Source: Camelus dromedarius (taxonomy: Eukaryota). Taken from it: 64,000 nucleotides of DNA. Where the stretch lies: assembly GCF_036321535.1 (NCBI RefSeq), contig NC_087437.1, forward strand, positions 46,068,001-46,132,000, given 5' to 3'. A program made the translations under genes and the position numbers. The notes under the pieces are model-generated. The model was not told where the DNA came from. It saw only the letters and a list, made by a program, of their open reading frames with translations, and did no database searches. Positions 10,767-23,499 of this stretch are shown in pieces (the first letter of the stretch is position 1; each line of letters begins with the position of its first letter).

Positions 10767-13700
10767 TTAGATTCCACATATGAGCGATCTCATATGGTAT
10801 TTTTCTTTCTCTTTCTGGCTTACTTCACTTAGAATGACATTCTCCAGGAGCATCCATGTTGCTGCAAATGGCATTATGTTGTCGGTTTTTATGGCTGAGT
10901 AGTATTCCATTGTATAAATATACCACCACTTCATTATCCAGTCACCTGTTGATGGACATTTAGGCTGTTTCCATGTTTTGGCTATTGCAAATAGTGCTGC
11001 TATGAACATTGGGGTGCAGGTGTCATCCTGAAGTAGATTTCCTTCTGGATACAAGCCCAGGAGTGGGATTCCTGGGTCATATGGTAAATCTATTCCTAGT
11101 CTTTTGAGGAATCTCCACACTGTTTTCCATAGTGGCTGCACCAAACTGCATTCCCACCAGCAGTGTAGGAGGGTTCCCCTTTCTCCACAGCCTCTCCAGC
11201 ATTTGTCATTTGTGGATTTTGGAATGATGGCCATTCTGACTGGTGTGAGGTGATACCTCATTGTAGTTTTGATTTGCATTTCTCTGATAATTAGTGATAT
11301 TGAGCATTTTTTCATGTGCTTTTTGATCATTTGTATGTCTTCCTTGGAGAATTGCTTGTTTAGGTCTTCTGCCCATTTTTGGATTGGGTTGTTTATTTTT
11401 TTCTTATTGAGTCGTATGAGCTGCTTATATATTCTGGAGATCAAGCCTTTGTCGGTTTCACTTGCAAAAATTTTCTCCCATTCCGTAGGTTTTCTTCTTG
11501 TTTTACTTCTGGTTTCCTTTGCTGTGCAGAAGCTTGTAAGTTTTATTAGGTCCCATTTGTTTATTCTTGCTTTTATTTCTTCTAGGAGAAAATTTTTGAA
11601 ATGTATGTCACATAATGTTTTGCCTATGTTTTCCTCTAGGAGGTTTATTGTATCTTGTCTTATGTTTAAGTCTTTAATCCATTTTGAGTTGATTTTTGTA
11701 TATGGTGTAAGGGAGTGTTCTAGCTTCATTGTTTTACATGCTGCTGTCCAGTTTTCCCAACACCATTTGCTGAAGAGACTGTCTTTATTCCAATGTATAT
11801 TCTTGCCTCCTTTGTCAAAGATGAGTTGACCAAAAGTTTGTGGGTTCATTTCTGGGCTCTCTATTCTGTTCCATCGGTCTATATGTCTGTTTTGGTACCA
11901 ATACCATGCTGTCTTGATGACTGTAGCTCTATAGTATTGTCTGAAGTCTGGGAGAGTTATTCCTCCAGCCTCTTTCTTTCTCTTCAGTAATGCTTTGGCA
12001 ATTCTAGGTCTTTGATGGTTCCATATGAATTTTATTATGATTTGTTCTAGTTCTGTGAAATATGTCCTGGGTATTGGATAGGGATTGCATTAAATCTGTA
12101 GATTGCCTTGGGCAGTGTGACCATTTTAACAATATTGATTCTTCCAATCCAAGAGCATGGAATATCTTTCCACTTTTTAAAGTCTTCTTTAATTTCCTTC
12201 ATCAATGGTTTATAGTTTTCTGTGTATAATTCTTTCACCTCCTTGGTTAGATTTATTCCCAGATATTTTATTACTTTGGGTGCTGTTTTAAAGGGGATTG
12301 TTTCTTTACTTTCTTCTTCTGTTGATTTATCGTTAGTGTAAAGAAATGCAACTGATTTTTGAACGTTAATTTTGTAACCTGCTACCTTGCTGAATTCTTC
12401 AATCAGCTGTAATAGCTTTTGTGTGGACCTTTTAGGGTTTTCTATATATAGTAACATGTCATCAGGATATGACACTTTTACCTCTTCTTTTCCAATTTGG
12501 ATCCCTTTTATTTCTTTCTCTTGCCTGACTGCTGTGGCTAGGACTTCCAGGACTATGTTGAATAGGAGTGGTGATAGTGGGCATCCTTGTCTTGTCCCAG
12601 ATTTTAGTGGGACGCTTTTGAGTTTTTCACCGTTGAGTACTATGCTGGCTGTAGGTTTGTCATATATAGCTTTTATTATGTTGAGATATGTTCCCTCTAT
12701 ACCCACTTTGGCGAGAGTTTTTATCATAAATGGGTGTTGAATTTTATCAAATGCTTTTTCTGCATCGATTGAGATGATCATGTGGTTTTTGTCCTTTCTC
12801 TTGTTGATGTGATGTATTACACTGATTGATTTGCGTATGTTGAACCAGCCTTGTATCCCTGGGATGAACCCCACTTGGTCATGATGTATAATCTTTTTTA
12901 TGTGTTGTTGGATTCTATTTGCTAAAATTTTGGTGAGGATTTTGGCGTCTATGTTCATCAGTGATATTGGCCTATAATTCTCTTTTTTTGTAGTGTCTTT
13001 GCCTGGTTTTGGTATCAGGGTGATGGTGGCTTCATAGAATGAGTTTGAGAGTATTCCCTCCTTTTCAATCGTCTGGAAGAGTTTGAGAAGGACTGGTATG
13101 AGTTCTTCTTTGTATGTTTGGTAGAATTCCCTGGTGAAGCCGTCCGGTCCTGGACTTTTATTTGTAGGGAGGGTTTTAATTGCTATTTCTATTTCCTTTC
13201 TAGTGATCGGATTGTTCAAGTGTTCAGATTCTTCTTGATTCAGTTTTGGTGGACAGTATGTTTCCAGAAACTTGTCCATCTCCTCTAGGTTATCCAGTTT
13301 GGTTCCATATAGTTTTTCATAATATTCTCGTATGATATTCTGTATTTCTATTTTGTTTGTTGTAATTTCTCCATTTTCCTTTCTTATGTTGCTAATTTGT
13401 GCTCTCTCTTTTTTCTTCTTTGTGAGTTTGGCCAGAGGTTTGTCGATTTTATTTACTTTTTCAAAAAACCAGCTTTTGGTTTGGTTGATTTTTTTCTATG
13501 GTCTTGTTAATCTCTATTGTATTTAATTCCTCTCTGATCTTTATTATTTCCTTCCTTCTGCTGCTTTCTGGGGCTTTTTGTTCTTCTTTTTCTAATTCAT
13601 TCAGGTGGTGGATTAAATTGTTTATTTGAGATTGTTCTTCTTTTTTGAGGAAGGCCTGTATCGCTATAAACTTCCCTCTTAGCACTGCCTTTGCTGTGTC

Positions 13701-14561
13701 CCGTAGGTTTTGAGTGGTTGTGCTTTCATTATCATTTGTCTCAAGGTATTTTTTAATTTCAGCTTTGATTTCCTCATTGATCCATTGTTTTTTCAATAAC
13801 ATATTGCTTAATCTCCATGCTTTCCTTTTTTTCTCCTTTGTTTCTCTGTTGTTGATTTCCAGTTTCATGGCATTGTGGTCAGTAAAGATGCTTGAGATAA
13901 TTTCTATCTTCTTAAAATTGTTGAGGTTTCTTTTGTGCCCAAGTACATGATCGATCCTGGAAAATGTTCCATGTGCACTTGAAAAGAATGTATATCCTAT
14001 TTTTGGGGGGTGTAATGCTCTGAAAATATCCACCAAATCTAGTTTTTCTATTGTAGTATTTAATTTCTCTGTTGCCTTGTTTATTTTCTGTCTGGAAGAT
14101 CTGTCTAGTGATGTTAATGCAGTGTTAAAATCTCCAACTATGATTGTATTCCCATCAATATCCCCCTTTATCTCTGTTAGTAATTCTTGTATGTACTTAG
14201 GTGCTCCTATATTGGGTGCATATATATTAACGAGTGTAATATCCTCATCTTGTATCACTCCTTGAATCATTATAAAATGTCCTTCTTTATCTTTCTTTAT
14301 GGCCTTTGTTTTAAAGTCTGTTTTGTCTGAAATCAGTACTGCAACACCTGCTTTTTTGGCTTTTCCATTTGCATGGAATATCCTTTTCCATCCTTTCACT
14401 CTCAATCTATATGTGTCCTTCTCCCTAAAGTGGGTCTCTTGTATGCAGCATATTGAAGGTTCTTGCTTTATTATCCAGTCTGCCACTCTGTGTCTTTTGA
14501 CTGGAGCATTTAGTCCATTAACATTTACAGTAATTAATGATAGATGTGTGTTTATTGCCAT
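10767..14561 (-). pseudogene. L1 ORF2p (EN-RT-C), two compensating frameshifts and no nonsense codons
   Basis: ORF-track pieces 14561-13461, 13279-12047 and 11849-10767. I read the gaps between them as open. +1 in the A7 run at 13489-13495 and -1 at ~12073; total span 3795 nt is a multiple of 3. Confidence 0.95.
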
Positions 14562-14965
14562 TTTGAACTTATCTTTGCAGTTGAATTGGTATATCCTCTT
14601 TGTTCCTTTCTTCTTCCTTTTGTGGTTTGGTAATTTTCCTTTGTATTATCATGGATTTTATTTACTTTTTGTGACTCCTTTGTAAATTTTTGGCTTGTGG
14701 TTACCCTTTTTTGTAAATCTGTCAACCCATTACTATAACTGTTTTTATTAAACTGATAGTAACATGATCTCAAACCCATCCTACTGTTAAAAAAATTTAA
14801 AAAAGAAAGAAAAAAATATTCTGTATTTCCCTGCCTCCCTCTCCCACTCTCAGTGATTTGTATGTCTTCTTCTATAATTTCATGTTTACTTTATTTGTAA
14901 TTCATGAGTTATCACCTTTCCAGTTGTGCGTTTCTCATTTCTGTAGCATCCTGCTGCTTTTCTAT

Positions 14966-15870
14966 TTAGAATAGCCCTTTCAATATTTCTTTTAGCATGG
15001 GTTTAGTGTTGCTAAACTCCTGCAGCCTTTTTTTTTGTCTGTGAAACTCTTTATTTCTCCTTCTATCCTCAAGGATAGCCTTGCTGGATAAAGGATCCTA
15101 GGCTGCATCTTTTTTTCATTCAGGGCTTTGAATATATCTTGCCACTCCCTTCTGGCCTGTAGTGTTTGTGTAGAGAAATCAGCTGAGAGCCTTATGGGGG
15201 TTCCCTTGTAACTTACTCTTTGCTTTTCTCTTGCTGCCTTTAGAATCATTTCTTTATCCTTGACTCTGGCCATCTTGATTATGATATGTCTTGGTGTGGG
15301 TCTATTTGGCTTCTTCCTGTTTGGGATCCTCTGAGCTTCCTGTACTTGGATATCTGATTCCTTCTTTAAGTTTGGGAAGTTTTCAGTCATGATTTCTTCA
15401 AAAACCTTTTCAATCCCCTTTGATCTTTCTTCTCCTTCTGGGACCCCTATTATGTGAAGATTGGGACGCTGTATATTATCCCATAGGTCCCTTATGCTAT
15501 TTTCATTATTTTTTATTTGCTTCTCTTGTAGTTCTTCTGAATGGGTGCTTTCTATTGCCCTGTCTTCTAGATCACTAATTCGTTCCTCTGCATTATCTAG
15601 TCGGCTTTGCACAGCTATTAGATCATTCCTCATCTCTGTCAATGAGTTTACCCATTCTACTTGGCTCTTCTTTATAGCTTCAATTTCATTTTTGACATAT
15701 TTTATATCTCTAAACACTATCTCTTTTAATTCCTTCAGCAATTCGATCACTCCTTTTTTGAAATCTTGATCTAGTAGGCTATCGATGTCTATTTCGTTGA
15801 TCTTTCTTTCAGGGGATTTCTCTTGTTCTTTTAATTGGGAAAGGTTTTTCTGCTTCTTCATCTTGCTCAT
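14966..15870 (-). pseudogene. L1 ORF1p, frameshifted near its C-terminus
   Basis: 292-aa ORF with coiled-coil, RRM and CTD motifs (IIGVPEGEE, RPTPRHIIIKM, YPARLS). A frameshift in the A9 run (15028-15036) diverts the end; the original tail RLQEFSNTKPMLKEILKGLF* ends at 14966. Confidence 0.93.
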
Positions 15871-17109
15871 ACCTCTTTGGCACTGTGGTTTATGGAGTAT
15901 CAGTTGTTTATTTTGGTCCTTAAGGATTTTATCTATCTGATGCCTATTTAGGAATAGAACTTAGGAAAAAAAGAAAAAAAATAAGAGAGAGAGAGAGAGA
16001 GAAAGAAGTTTAAAAGAAGGGAGAAAGAGGGTTTGAAAACAGTGTATAATGAATAATAGAAGAGTGAGTTGAAGCAGAGTATTAATCGGGTTGAGATATC
16101 CTTTTGAAACCTTTACCAAAAAAGGGGGGGGGAGATGAATAGATGTATTTGAAACCTGTGTCTAATCAATAGCAGGACATCAAAACCCAAGAGAAATAGA
16201 AATGAATTAAGAAGTAAAGATTAAGAGAGTAATAGAAAATAGAACAGGTAAAAACAGATTTAAAAAAAAGGGGGGGGGGGGATTTGTCGGTGTTCTCCTG
16301 GAGTCTGTGTGCTTTTACTGTGAAGTCTTTCTGTCTTCGTCCTGTTTTGGAAGCTCAGCTTGCTGTTTTCAGAGGCCCTCCGTTGGCGCCCTCTTCTGTG
16401 CTGCTCCCAGCACCTGTCGGCAAGCAGATCGCACCTCCTCCTAACACTGGGTCAGGTGCAGCTCTCTGCTGTGGGCGGGCGGGTCGCTGCCCCTCCGGAT
16501 GCCGCAGTCAGATGTGGCAGAGTGACCGGGTAGGAGGGCGGGTCGTACCCCCTCCCAGCACCTGGGTCAGGGGCTGTGTTCCTGCCCGAAAGGCGGGGGG
16601 CCGCTCTCGCTCTATCTGCGCCGCCGCCGGAATGGTTGATTCTTATTAAGTACAAATTTCAAAAGGTAATTATTTACTCATTGTTTTCCTACAACAAGGA
16701 TCAGTATTAGTATTCCAGTTCTCGTGGACATTTATACAGCAGTAAACCAGATGTTCTAAGGTAAAAACTATGGATAATAAGCAGACAACATGATGAAAAT
16801 TTTCAACACGGAGATGTGCTCCGTAAAACATGAAGGTACTATTTTCTTGAACAAAAGAACCATTGATCCAGCTGAGAATAATCTGGCTTTTAGGTGCAAG
16901 CACAGTACAGTTGGATAATTTATTTTTGCCTGCTGAGGAAGCAGGTTAGTTTCAGTGAAGTACAATTTCAGGTGGGAGGGAAGTGATGAGTGAGATGTGA
17001 ATGCCTATGCTTCAACACCTATCATTCAGCATACCACCACCAAAAAACTCTCTAGAAGATGGCATTTTTCACACCTACTGAAATACATTTAGTCTATGAA
17101 CGAGCATGT

Positions 17110-17270
17110 AAAGTATATTTGTGCCCTTGGTTTCCTTGTCTGTAAAATGGGAAAAGCAATTGTACCTACTTCATAGAGTTGTAAGAATTAGAAGAGTTAA
17201 TATGTAAAAAATCACAGAGAATGGTGTTGGAACATAATGAATGCTATATGAATTTGCTGCTATTAGCTAT
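17110..17270 (+). mobile_element. MIR SINE fragment
   Basis: MIR core: gtttccttgtctgtaaaatggga...tacctacttcatagagttgt. Confidence 0.75.
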
Positions 17271-17984
17271 TAAAGCAAATCTCAAAATAGGATAAATAAT
17301 AACATCCATTCTTTGAATGGAGTTAGTGTAGGTTGTGAAATGGTAATTTATTCATCCTGGTAAGGATAAGGAATGGTGATTTAAAAGAAATTTCTGCCAC
17401 CCAGTGTTTTTTTGTTGGCGATGATAAGGTCATTTCACTTTTATTCACTTGTGGGGCTTAGCAGGGCTGCTGGAGAAGGATTGAGAGGAGGAGTTACATT
17501 CACTGAGTCAGTAGGAATTAGCTCTCATTATCTGGACCCTCCATTTCCTCTACTTATTTGTAAAGCCTCTTTTATCCTTGTTGGTTCTAAGATTTCTGCA
17601 TGTAAGTTTCAAGGCTATAAACTCCCTGCTGAACCTACTAAAGAGAAAAAGTCACTGCTTCCAGAAAGTGTGTTATGCTCTTAAGCTCCCAGGCTAGGTG
17701 AAGGCTGCTGTTGTGGCAGACGCGGACAATCACTAGACAGATAGCATTATCGTAGCAGAAGCAAAATTAGTAACTATTCTAAACAAGGAAAACACAAAAG
17801 GACATGAAATAAAATGTCCCATTTCATAACATATATCTACTTTGTTATAAAGTGTTCAAGTTCTGACAAAGACATCTTTAGGATGGAGGAGGTGTGCTCC
17901 ATGGTTAGAGGATTAGGTCTGAGGCTCAGCTTTGCTTCTTACTGATTACGTCTCCCTCAAGGAACTTGGCATTTATGGGGATGT

Positions 17985-18365
17985 CCACTGTACTCACCAG
18001 GGGTTCACCTAAGCTTCTGTAACAAATGGCACCCAAGATACAATGGCTTAAATAAAGTAGAGGCTTATTCTTTCTTTGCAGAAGCCCAGAGATAGGCTGT
18101 CCATCTTTGAGTTTAAGGTGCCTGCTTTTGCTGTAATTAGCAGGAAGGGAGTAAAGGGCCAGGAGTATATGCTCAATCTTTTTAAGGGCAAAATGGCACA
18201 AATCACATTCCATTGCCCAGAACCAGTCGTCACAAGGCTGCTTCTAACTGCAGGAAGGGCTTGGGAAGGTGGAGTGGTCCTTAGCTAAGTAGCCACGTGC
18301 CCAGCTGAATCTCTATTACTACGGAAAGGGAGGATGGATATTGAAAGACAACTAGCAATATGCCC
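17985..18365 (-). mobile_element. Old MaLR LTR (MLT1-type)
   Basis: caatggcttaaataaagtagaggcttattct, cattccattgcccagaac..gtc, aactgcaggaagggcttggga. Confidence 0.6.
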
Positions 18366-18704
18366 TAGGTGCTCCACCTACCTCACAGCGTTTGGGAGAA
18401 GATAAAATCATAATCCAATAGAAAAAATGCAAGACTGGTTTTATCTCATTTTTATGGTGCCACCAACATGCTACCTGAGCAATCCACTCAGCCTGATTAT
18501 TGTGGGTGAGAAGGCATGGACTGCAACAAGGAGGTTGGGCTAAAGAAATCTATAATTTCTCTGCATTATTGTATAAAATGGTATTTTTCCCTTCTATTGG
18601 GAAAGTTTTGCAGATTAGCTTGGCTTTAGGGAAGAGACTTTTTGTTTCTCCTTAAAAGTATGGGTGTGCGTGCATGAATGTATATTTAAAATGTGACCCA
18701 GAGA

Positions 18705-18805
18705 TTTTTAAAATTGTGAATCACTCTGTTGCACACTTGAAAATGTAATACTGTACGTCAAGTATACCTCAATTAAAATTGTTTAAAAAATTAAAAAAAA
18801 TAAGA
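18705..18805 (+). mobile_element. Very short 5'-truncated L1 tail
   Basis: gaatcactctgttgcacacttgaaa...tatacctcaattaaaa plus A-rich tail; flanking direct repeat GACCCAGAGA at 18695-18704 and 18806-18815. Confidence 0.75.
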
Positions 18806-20289
18806 GACCCAGAGACAAACAGGAGCAGTGATAGAGAATAAGGAGGTATAGCATCACCTTACACTTGCAGAGTGACTCTGAAATAGACAGGATATGGAGC
18901 CCTGGAACCTGCCCAAACTGTCCCAGGTCCCTTGCTCCCCAGCGTGGGTGATATTCCCAGAGTGCTGCTACAGACCATTTATCCTATGGATTGTCCTCAG
19001 GTATATACACATAGCTATATACATGCATGTGTGTTTGTGTGTGTGTCTTGGGGAGCAATGTGGGTGTGGTTGGGACACATTCTGGGGTAACTATAATTAA
19101 TACATGGAGTGGAGGGTTCTTATTTCTGCAGTGAAGGATTATGGAGGGGCCTTCTCTGAAGACTTTAAGAGACAGAAGCAAGGCGAGGAAGTGGAGTTTG
19201 TCCATAAGGAAACCCTTATCGTGGGTTTAATATCCTCTTTCCTTCAACTGTGGAAACACTTATATTGGACATGCAGTTGTAAATATATTCCCTCTAATTA
19301 TCCCTGATCTTCTTCACAGTCTGTTCACAGGGGAGCCTGTGTTAATAGTGAGGCAGGGAATTAAGAGATGATGTTGCACCGAGAAGCCCAGTGTTCTCTG
19401 TGAACCCCATCCTTTGAGGCCAGCATCACCAACGTCAGCATTATTTCTAAGGAAAGAGTGGTCTTCTAGTTCTAAGATCAGCAGAAAAGCAATCAGAGAC
19501 CAAGGTAGAGGGGTTCGGAGTCAAGCACGGTGGAGAGACAGGTTACAGCCACATGGTTTCTGGAAAGGAAATGAGACAAGCTCCAGATTTTGGAAGATAA
19601 ATACTTAACTATTTTTCCTGAGATAAAATGGAAGGGGTGGTGCACATCTCATATATAAGTGATAAGGGTAAGTGTAAATGTTAAAAGAAAGATTGGTACC
19701 AGTGGAGTACAGTGCTGGGGGACTTCTAGGGTGCAGATACCTGGGTTCCACAAATAGTCACACAAGACATGACGGCAAGTCTAGAGTGGATACGTGAGTG
19801 CACCAAGGGAATAGCTGATCCTCGAGTCCAGGCTGCACTAGGAAGAACAGCAAGTTGGATGAAGCACACCCATGGTTAGCGAAGGAAACAAGGACCTGAA
19901 GTACGCCCTGTGGGCAAAGAGCACATAGCGTGGGAGTGACCTAGCTAAAGCAGACGGTGAGAGGTAGTGGTCGGCGATCATGCTATGAAGTTCACCTTCG
20001 TACTGCAGCAAGTCAAACATCACATCCCAGAGCAATGCACCTTTAAAACCTCGTGGTCTCAAAAGCAAATGGAAATTTATTTTTGTTTGAAGTTTTTCCT
20101 TTATGTGAGAGAACTGACGTTCCTTGATTATGGTGAAGAGAGGAAAATTTTCTGACAATACTGAGATCTTCTCTGGCTTTACAGGTGATGAATGGCCACT
20201 TAGGTATACCCTTTACTGTCTCTCTAAGAGGACACCCTCAGCCCATTCTATCCAGCAAGAGTCTCCCAGGCTTCACTGATAAAAGAGAG

Positions 20290-20412
20290 TCACCTGGGTT
20301 TCACACAAACCAACTGCATCAGAATCTGCAAAGAAGGGAATCTAAGAACCGGCATTTTTAAAAGGGGCTTCTATTAATTCTAATTAATTCTTGGCACATT
20401 TGGGAAACGCCA
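20290..20412. mobile_element. MER5-like hAT DNA transposon fragment
   Basis: tgcatcagaatc...gcattttta...tttgggaaacgc motif order. Confidence 0.45.
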
Positions 20413-21399
20413 TGTTCTCTAAGCAGTGGTGACAAAGCTAGAATGCTAGGGTGGTTCTGAGTATAGTAAGCAGGTGTAAGTTGATGAACTTAGGATGGGA
20501 TATGGGAGGAGGCTGGACTCCAGGCAGAAATGAAAGTTAAAACTGAGATGAGAAATGCAGAAATTCTAAGAGTAGCGGAACCACATTAGTGGATTTCCTA
20601 GTTCTTTACCTCAGTCATTTTGCTCTCCAGGCCTCATTTCCTGACATGCAAAACAACAGGTTACCCAACTTTCAAAGCCCTGCAGGGAAGGCCCTATATA
20701 GTCAGGCTCATCAGCATCTCCTCTTTAAGCTCATTGGGCTTCTATAGTAGAGTTCATTTAAATAAAGTGTTTTCTCAAAGTTTGAAAACTACCATACCAT
20801 ATGATTTCTAAGGTCCTTTCAGCTCTAGGATATAAAGTGTGCCTGTAGCAGGAACGCCAACAACACATTATTAGCACAGAAAAGATCACCAGGGGCCTTA
20901 GGAAGGAGGTCACATTTGGAGGCCTCCTTTTTTTTTTTTATATTGACTCCTGCTGTTCAAGCCTGCTGGCTTCCTTGTTGTGGCCTGACATTTAACTAAA
21001 GAGGAAATAACTGTGGTATCTCCATGAATTTAGCAACTCAATTCGAAAGGCAAAAATCTACCCCAAAGGTTGTTTGTCATTGTGGAGGCAAAATAATAAC
21101 TGGCTAGTTGTCTGAATTTTCTCTCTTTTCACTAACTATCTTAATCTCAAGGGGCAATAATCAGATGTAAGTCTTACTGAGTGACCAGGCATAAAGCCAG
21201 CTGAGCATTCAGAAGCAGATGTAGCCAGCCGCAAGCCAGGTGACTGCTGGGAGAGCTTGTCAGCAGTTTAGAGATGCCACTTCCCCCATTTGGACACTAC
21301 GCACTGGTACGTCTTCAGAAACAAGCAACTATTTAAAACGCTTATAACCTTTGTCTTCCTATTCACCCTGTAACCCAGGAAAGACGGTTAATGACATGT

Positions 21400-21560
21400 G
21401 GCAAAACTTGGGTTCAAATTCAGAATCTGTGCTTACTGTGTACTTTGGACAAATCACCTCTTATCTAAAGTAGGGGATCATAATATCTACTTTGCAGCAC
21501 TGCTTGAGGGTTAAACAAGGTAATGCATGTGAAAGCATTTTGTAAATAGCAAAAAATCTT
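21400..21560 (+). mobile_element. MIR fragment
   Basis: gggttcaaattc...tttggacaaatcac...ataatatctactttgcag...gtaatgcatgtgaaagca. Confidence 0.7.
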
Positions 21561-23499
21561 ACGAACATAAAGGTGCATTTATCATAATGAATAATGGCAC
21601 CATATTCGAGCAAACAACATTAGCGAAAAAAAACACTCTTACATTCACAAGCTTTACAAATGCTTTTATATATAATCACACAATATGCATCTATTAACAC
21701 ATACATTTATTCATTCATTCACTCACTAGTTCCTGTCTGTATAGCACTGGCTCCTATGGGAGATAAGAAGTAAATGACTGGGGGGTGGATTTAGATGAAA
21801 AATACATTTAGGGTTTGATGATCTTATAGTTCAATATGTGTTGAGTCACTATTATGTTCCAGGAACTAGGCTTCTCCTTGTGGGAACCTACATTGTTAAG
21901 ACCCTATTTCCCCAGGGGAGAGTCTCATGGCCACAGAAGGATGATAGTGGCTCAGTAAGTCTGAGGGCATCCAAAGCTGGCCCCCAACTTGGCAAATGAA
22001 TGCTGACTGAACACAGATTTTATCCTAAGAGATTTTAATCTTAGGGCCACATTCCAGAATGTTCATTGCTTTCCCCATCCCCTGTTTAACCACATTCCAT
22101 CATATCTTGCTTGGGTGCCCGAGAATCTCTCAGATGCCCTGAATAAACTGCACATTATGTCTTCAAGGATGAGCCCTGTTTGGCCCTTTAGAGTAGCATG
22201 ACCGGACCTGTAGACAGCTAGACTCATGGACTCATGGAGTGATGGTCCTTAGAGCCTCTTCAGTCTAGTGCTAAAGCGAAAATGAACTTTTTCATAAAAA
22301 ATTAAAGTTGGTGTGCCTCCATTGAACATGTTCTTTTAAATTATAGCAGAAAATACAGGTGATTTGTCATTTACATATATGACTATGTTGAGAAAATATG
22401 CAGAATGAAGTATCTTTAAGTAGCAGAAATAAAGGACCCCAGCGGCCTATGGGCAAGTTAACTGGGCCAGCATGCCCTTTGGTTTGCCTGTGTCACATTG
22501 TACCATGGCCACCCACATAGTGATCACAGAGATCAGTGCTTTTACTTACTCCTGATTAATTCCAAACTTGCTTTTCTTGCTTTTAATAAATGTAAATAAA
22601 GACAAACGTAAGCTTGGCCATATAATCCCTAATGTGAAGGCTGAAATTGGATGGTAACTACTAGAGTTTTCCAGTCTAAGAGAAACTTTTTCCTTTGATC
22701 GTTCTTATTTCTCTCAGAAAATGAGGACAATGAAGATTAAAGTTTTACCCCTGTTGAGTGCTCCTCTCCTGCCCTCTTTCCCTCTTTCGTAAGGGCTCTT
22801 CCGTCAGAGAAGAGCACTGTTTATGTCTACAATCCAAGGAGACAGGGCAAGGAGAAAGGGTGGCGTTTCCTACAGGGGGAACCCTCCAATGCCAGCAGCC
22901 TTTTCTCTGAGCCTCTGTAAGATGCTCCTGGATGACCCCTGACATCTCGATGCCTTTGACTTTGATTAGGTCCATTGGCTCCTGGTGGGGCAGAGGCCTG
23001 GTGTGTATTTGTTCTCTGCGTGTTAGAAAAACTCCCAGGCGCCACATGGTGTTGAAGTGGGTACTTTGTGGTCTGTTATCGAATGACTCCTTGGAGAAAG
23101 GCCATTTCCTCTTCCACAGCCTTGGGGGGTGAAAGCCCTCTTGCCATGGACGGGTTTTGGCAGGTCTGCGGTGACGTCCATGGTGCTCTGCAATCTCTGT
23201 TTGTCTAGCTTTTTTTACAGCCCTTGGATATAGACACAATGTGCGTGTCCTCTTTTGCTCTTTAACACTGTTGTATTAGTAAAACATGTGCACCACTCTC
23301 TTTAAAATGTATTTATTTTTAATAGGCTAGGAAATAGCCTTATAGCTGCAGAAAGGTTACATGAAAAATTTTGGAACTTGTTTAGCTCATACATTTCTTA
23401 TGACTAAAGACCATCACACATTAGTGATCTTATAATAAATCTCATAATAATTCTAAGACTAAGGTTATCCTGAACAAACTGTGATCACCCTAATATCAT

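Larger units (their letters stand above)
10450..16630 (-). mobile_element. Young near-full-length LINE-1 (~6.18 kb)
   Basis: CpG-rich 5'UTR (16630-15871), ORF1, 404-bp spacer, ORF2, ~310-bp 3'UTR and poly(A) (T-run at ~10448-10458). Perfect TSD AATGGTTGATTCTT at 10436-10449 and 16631-16644. TCTT/AT site matches L1 endonuclease preference. Confidence 0.98.

Noticed and set aside
11269..14685. Hydrophobic + strand ORFs that look like membrane proteins
   Set aside because: They are antisense shadows of the A-rich L1 ORF2.
22745..23239. 164-aa minus-strand ORF in unique sequence
   Set aside because: Non-ATG start, no recognisable domain or exon structure; the length is attainable by chance at this GC content.
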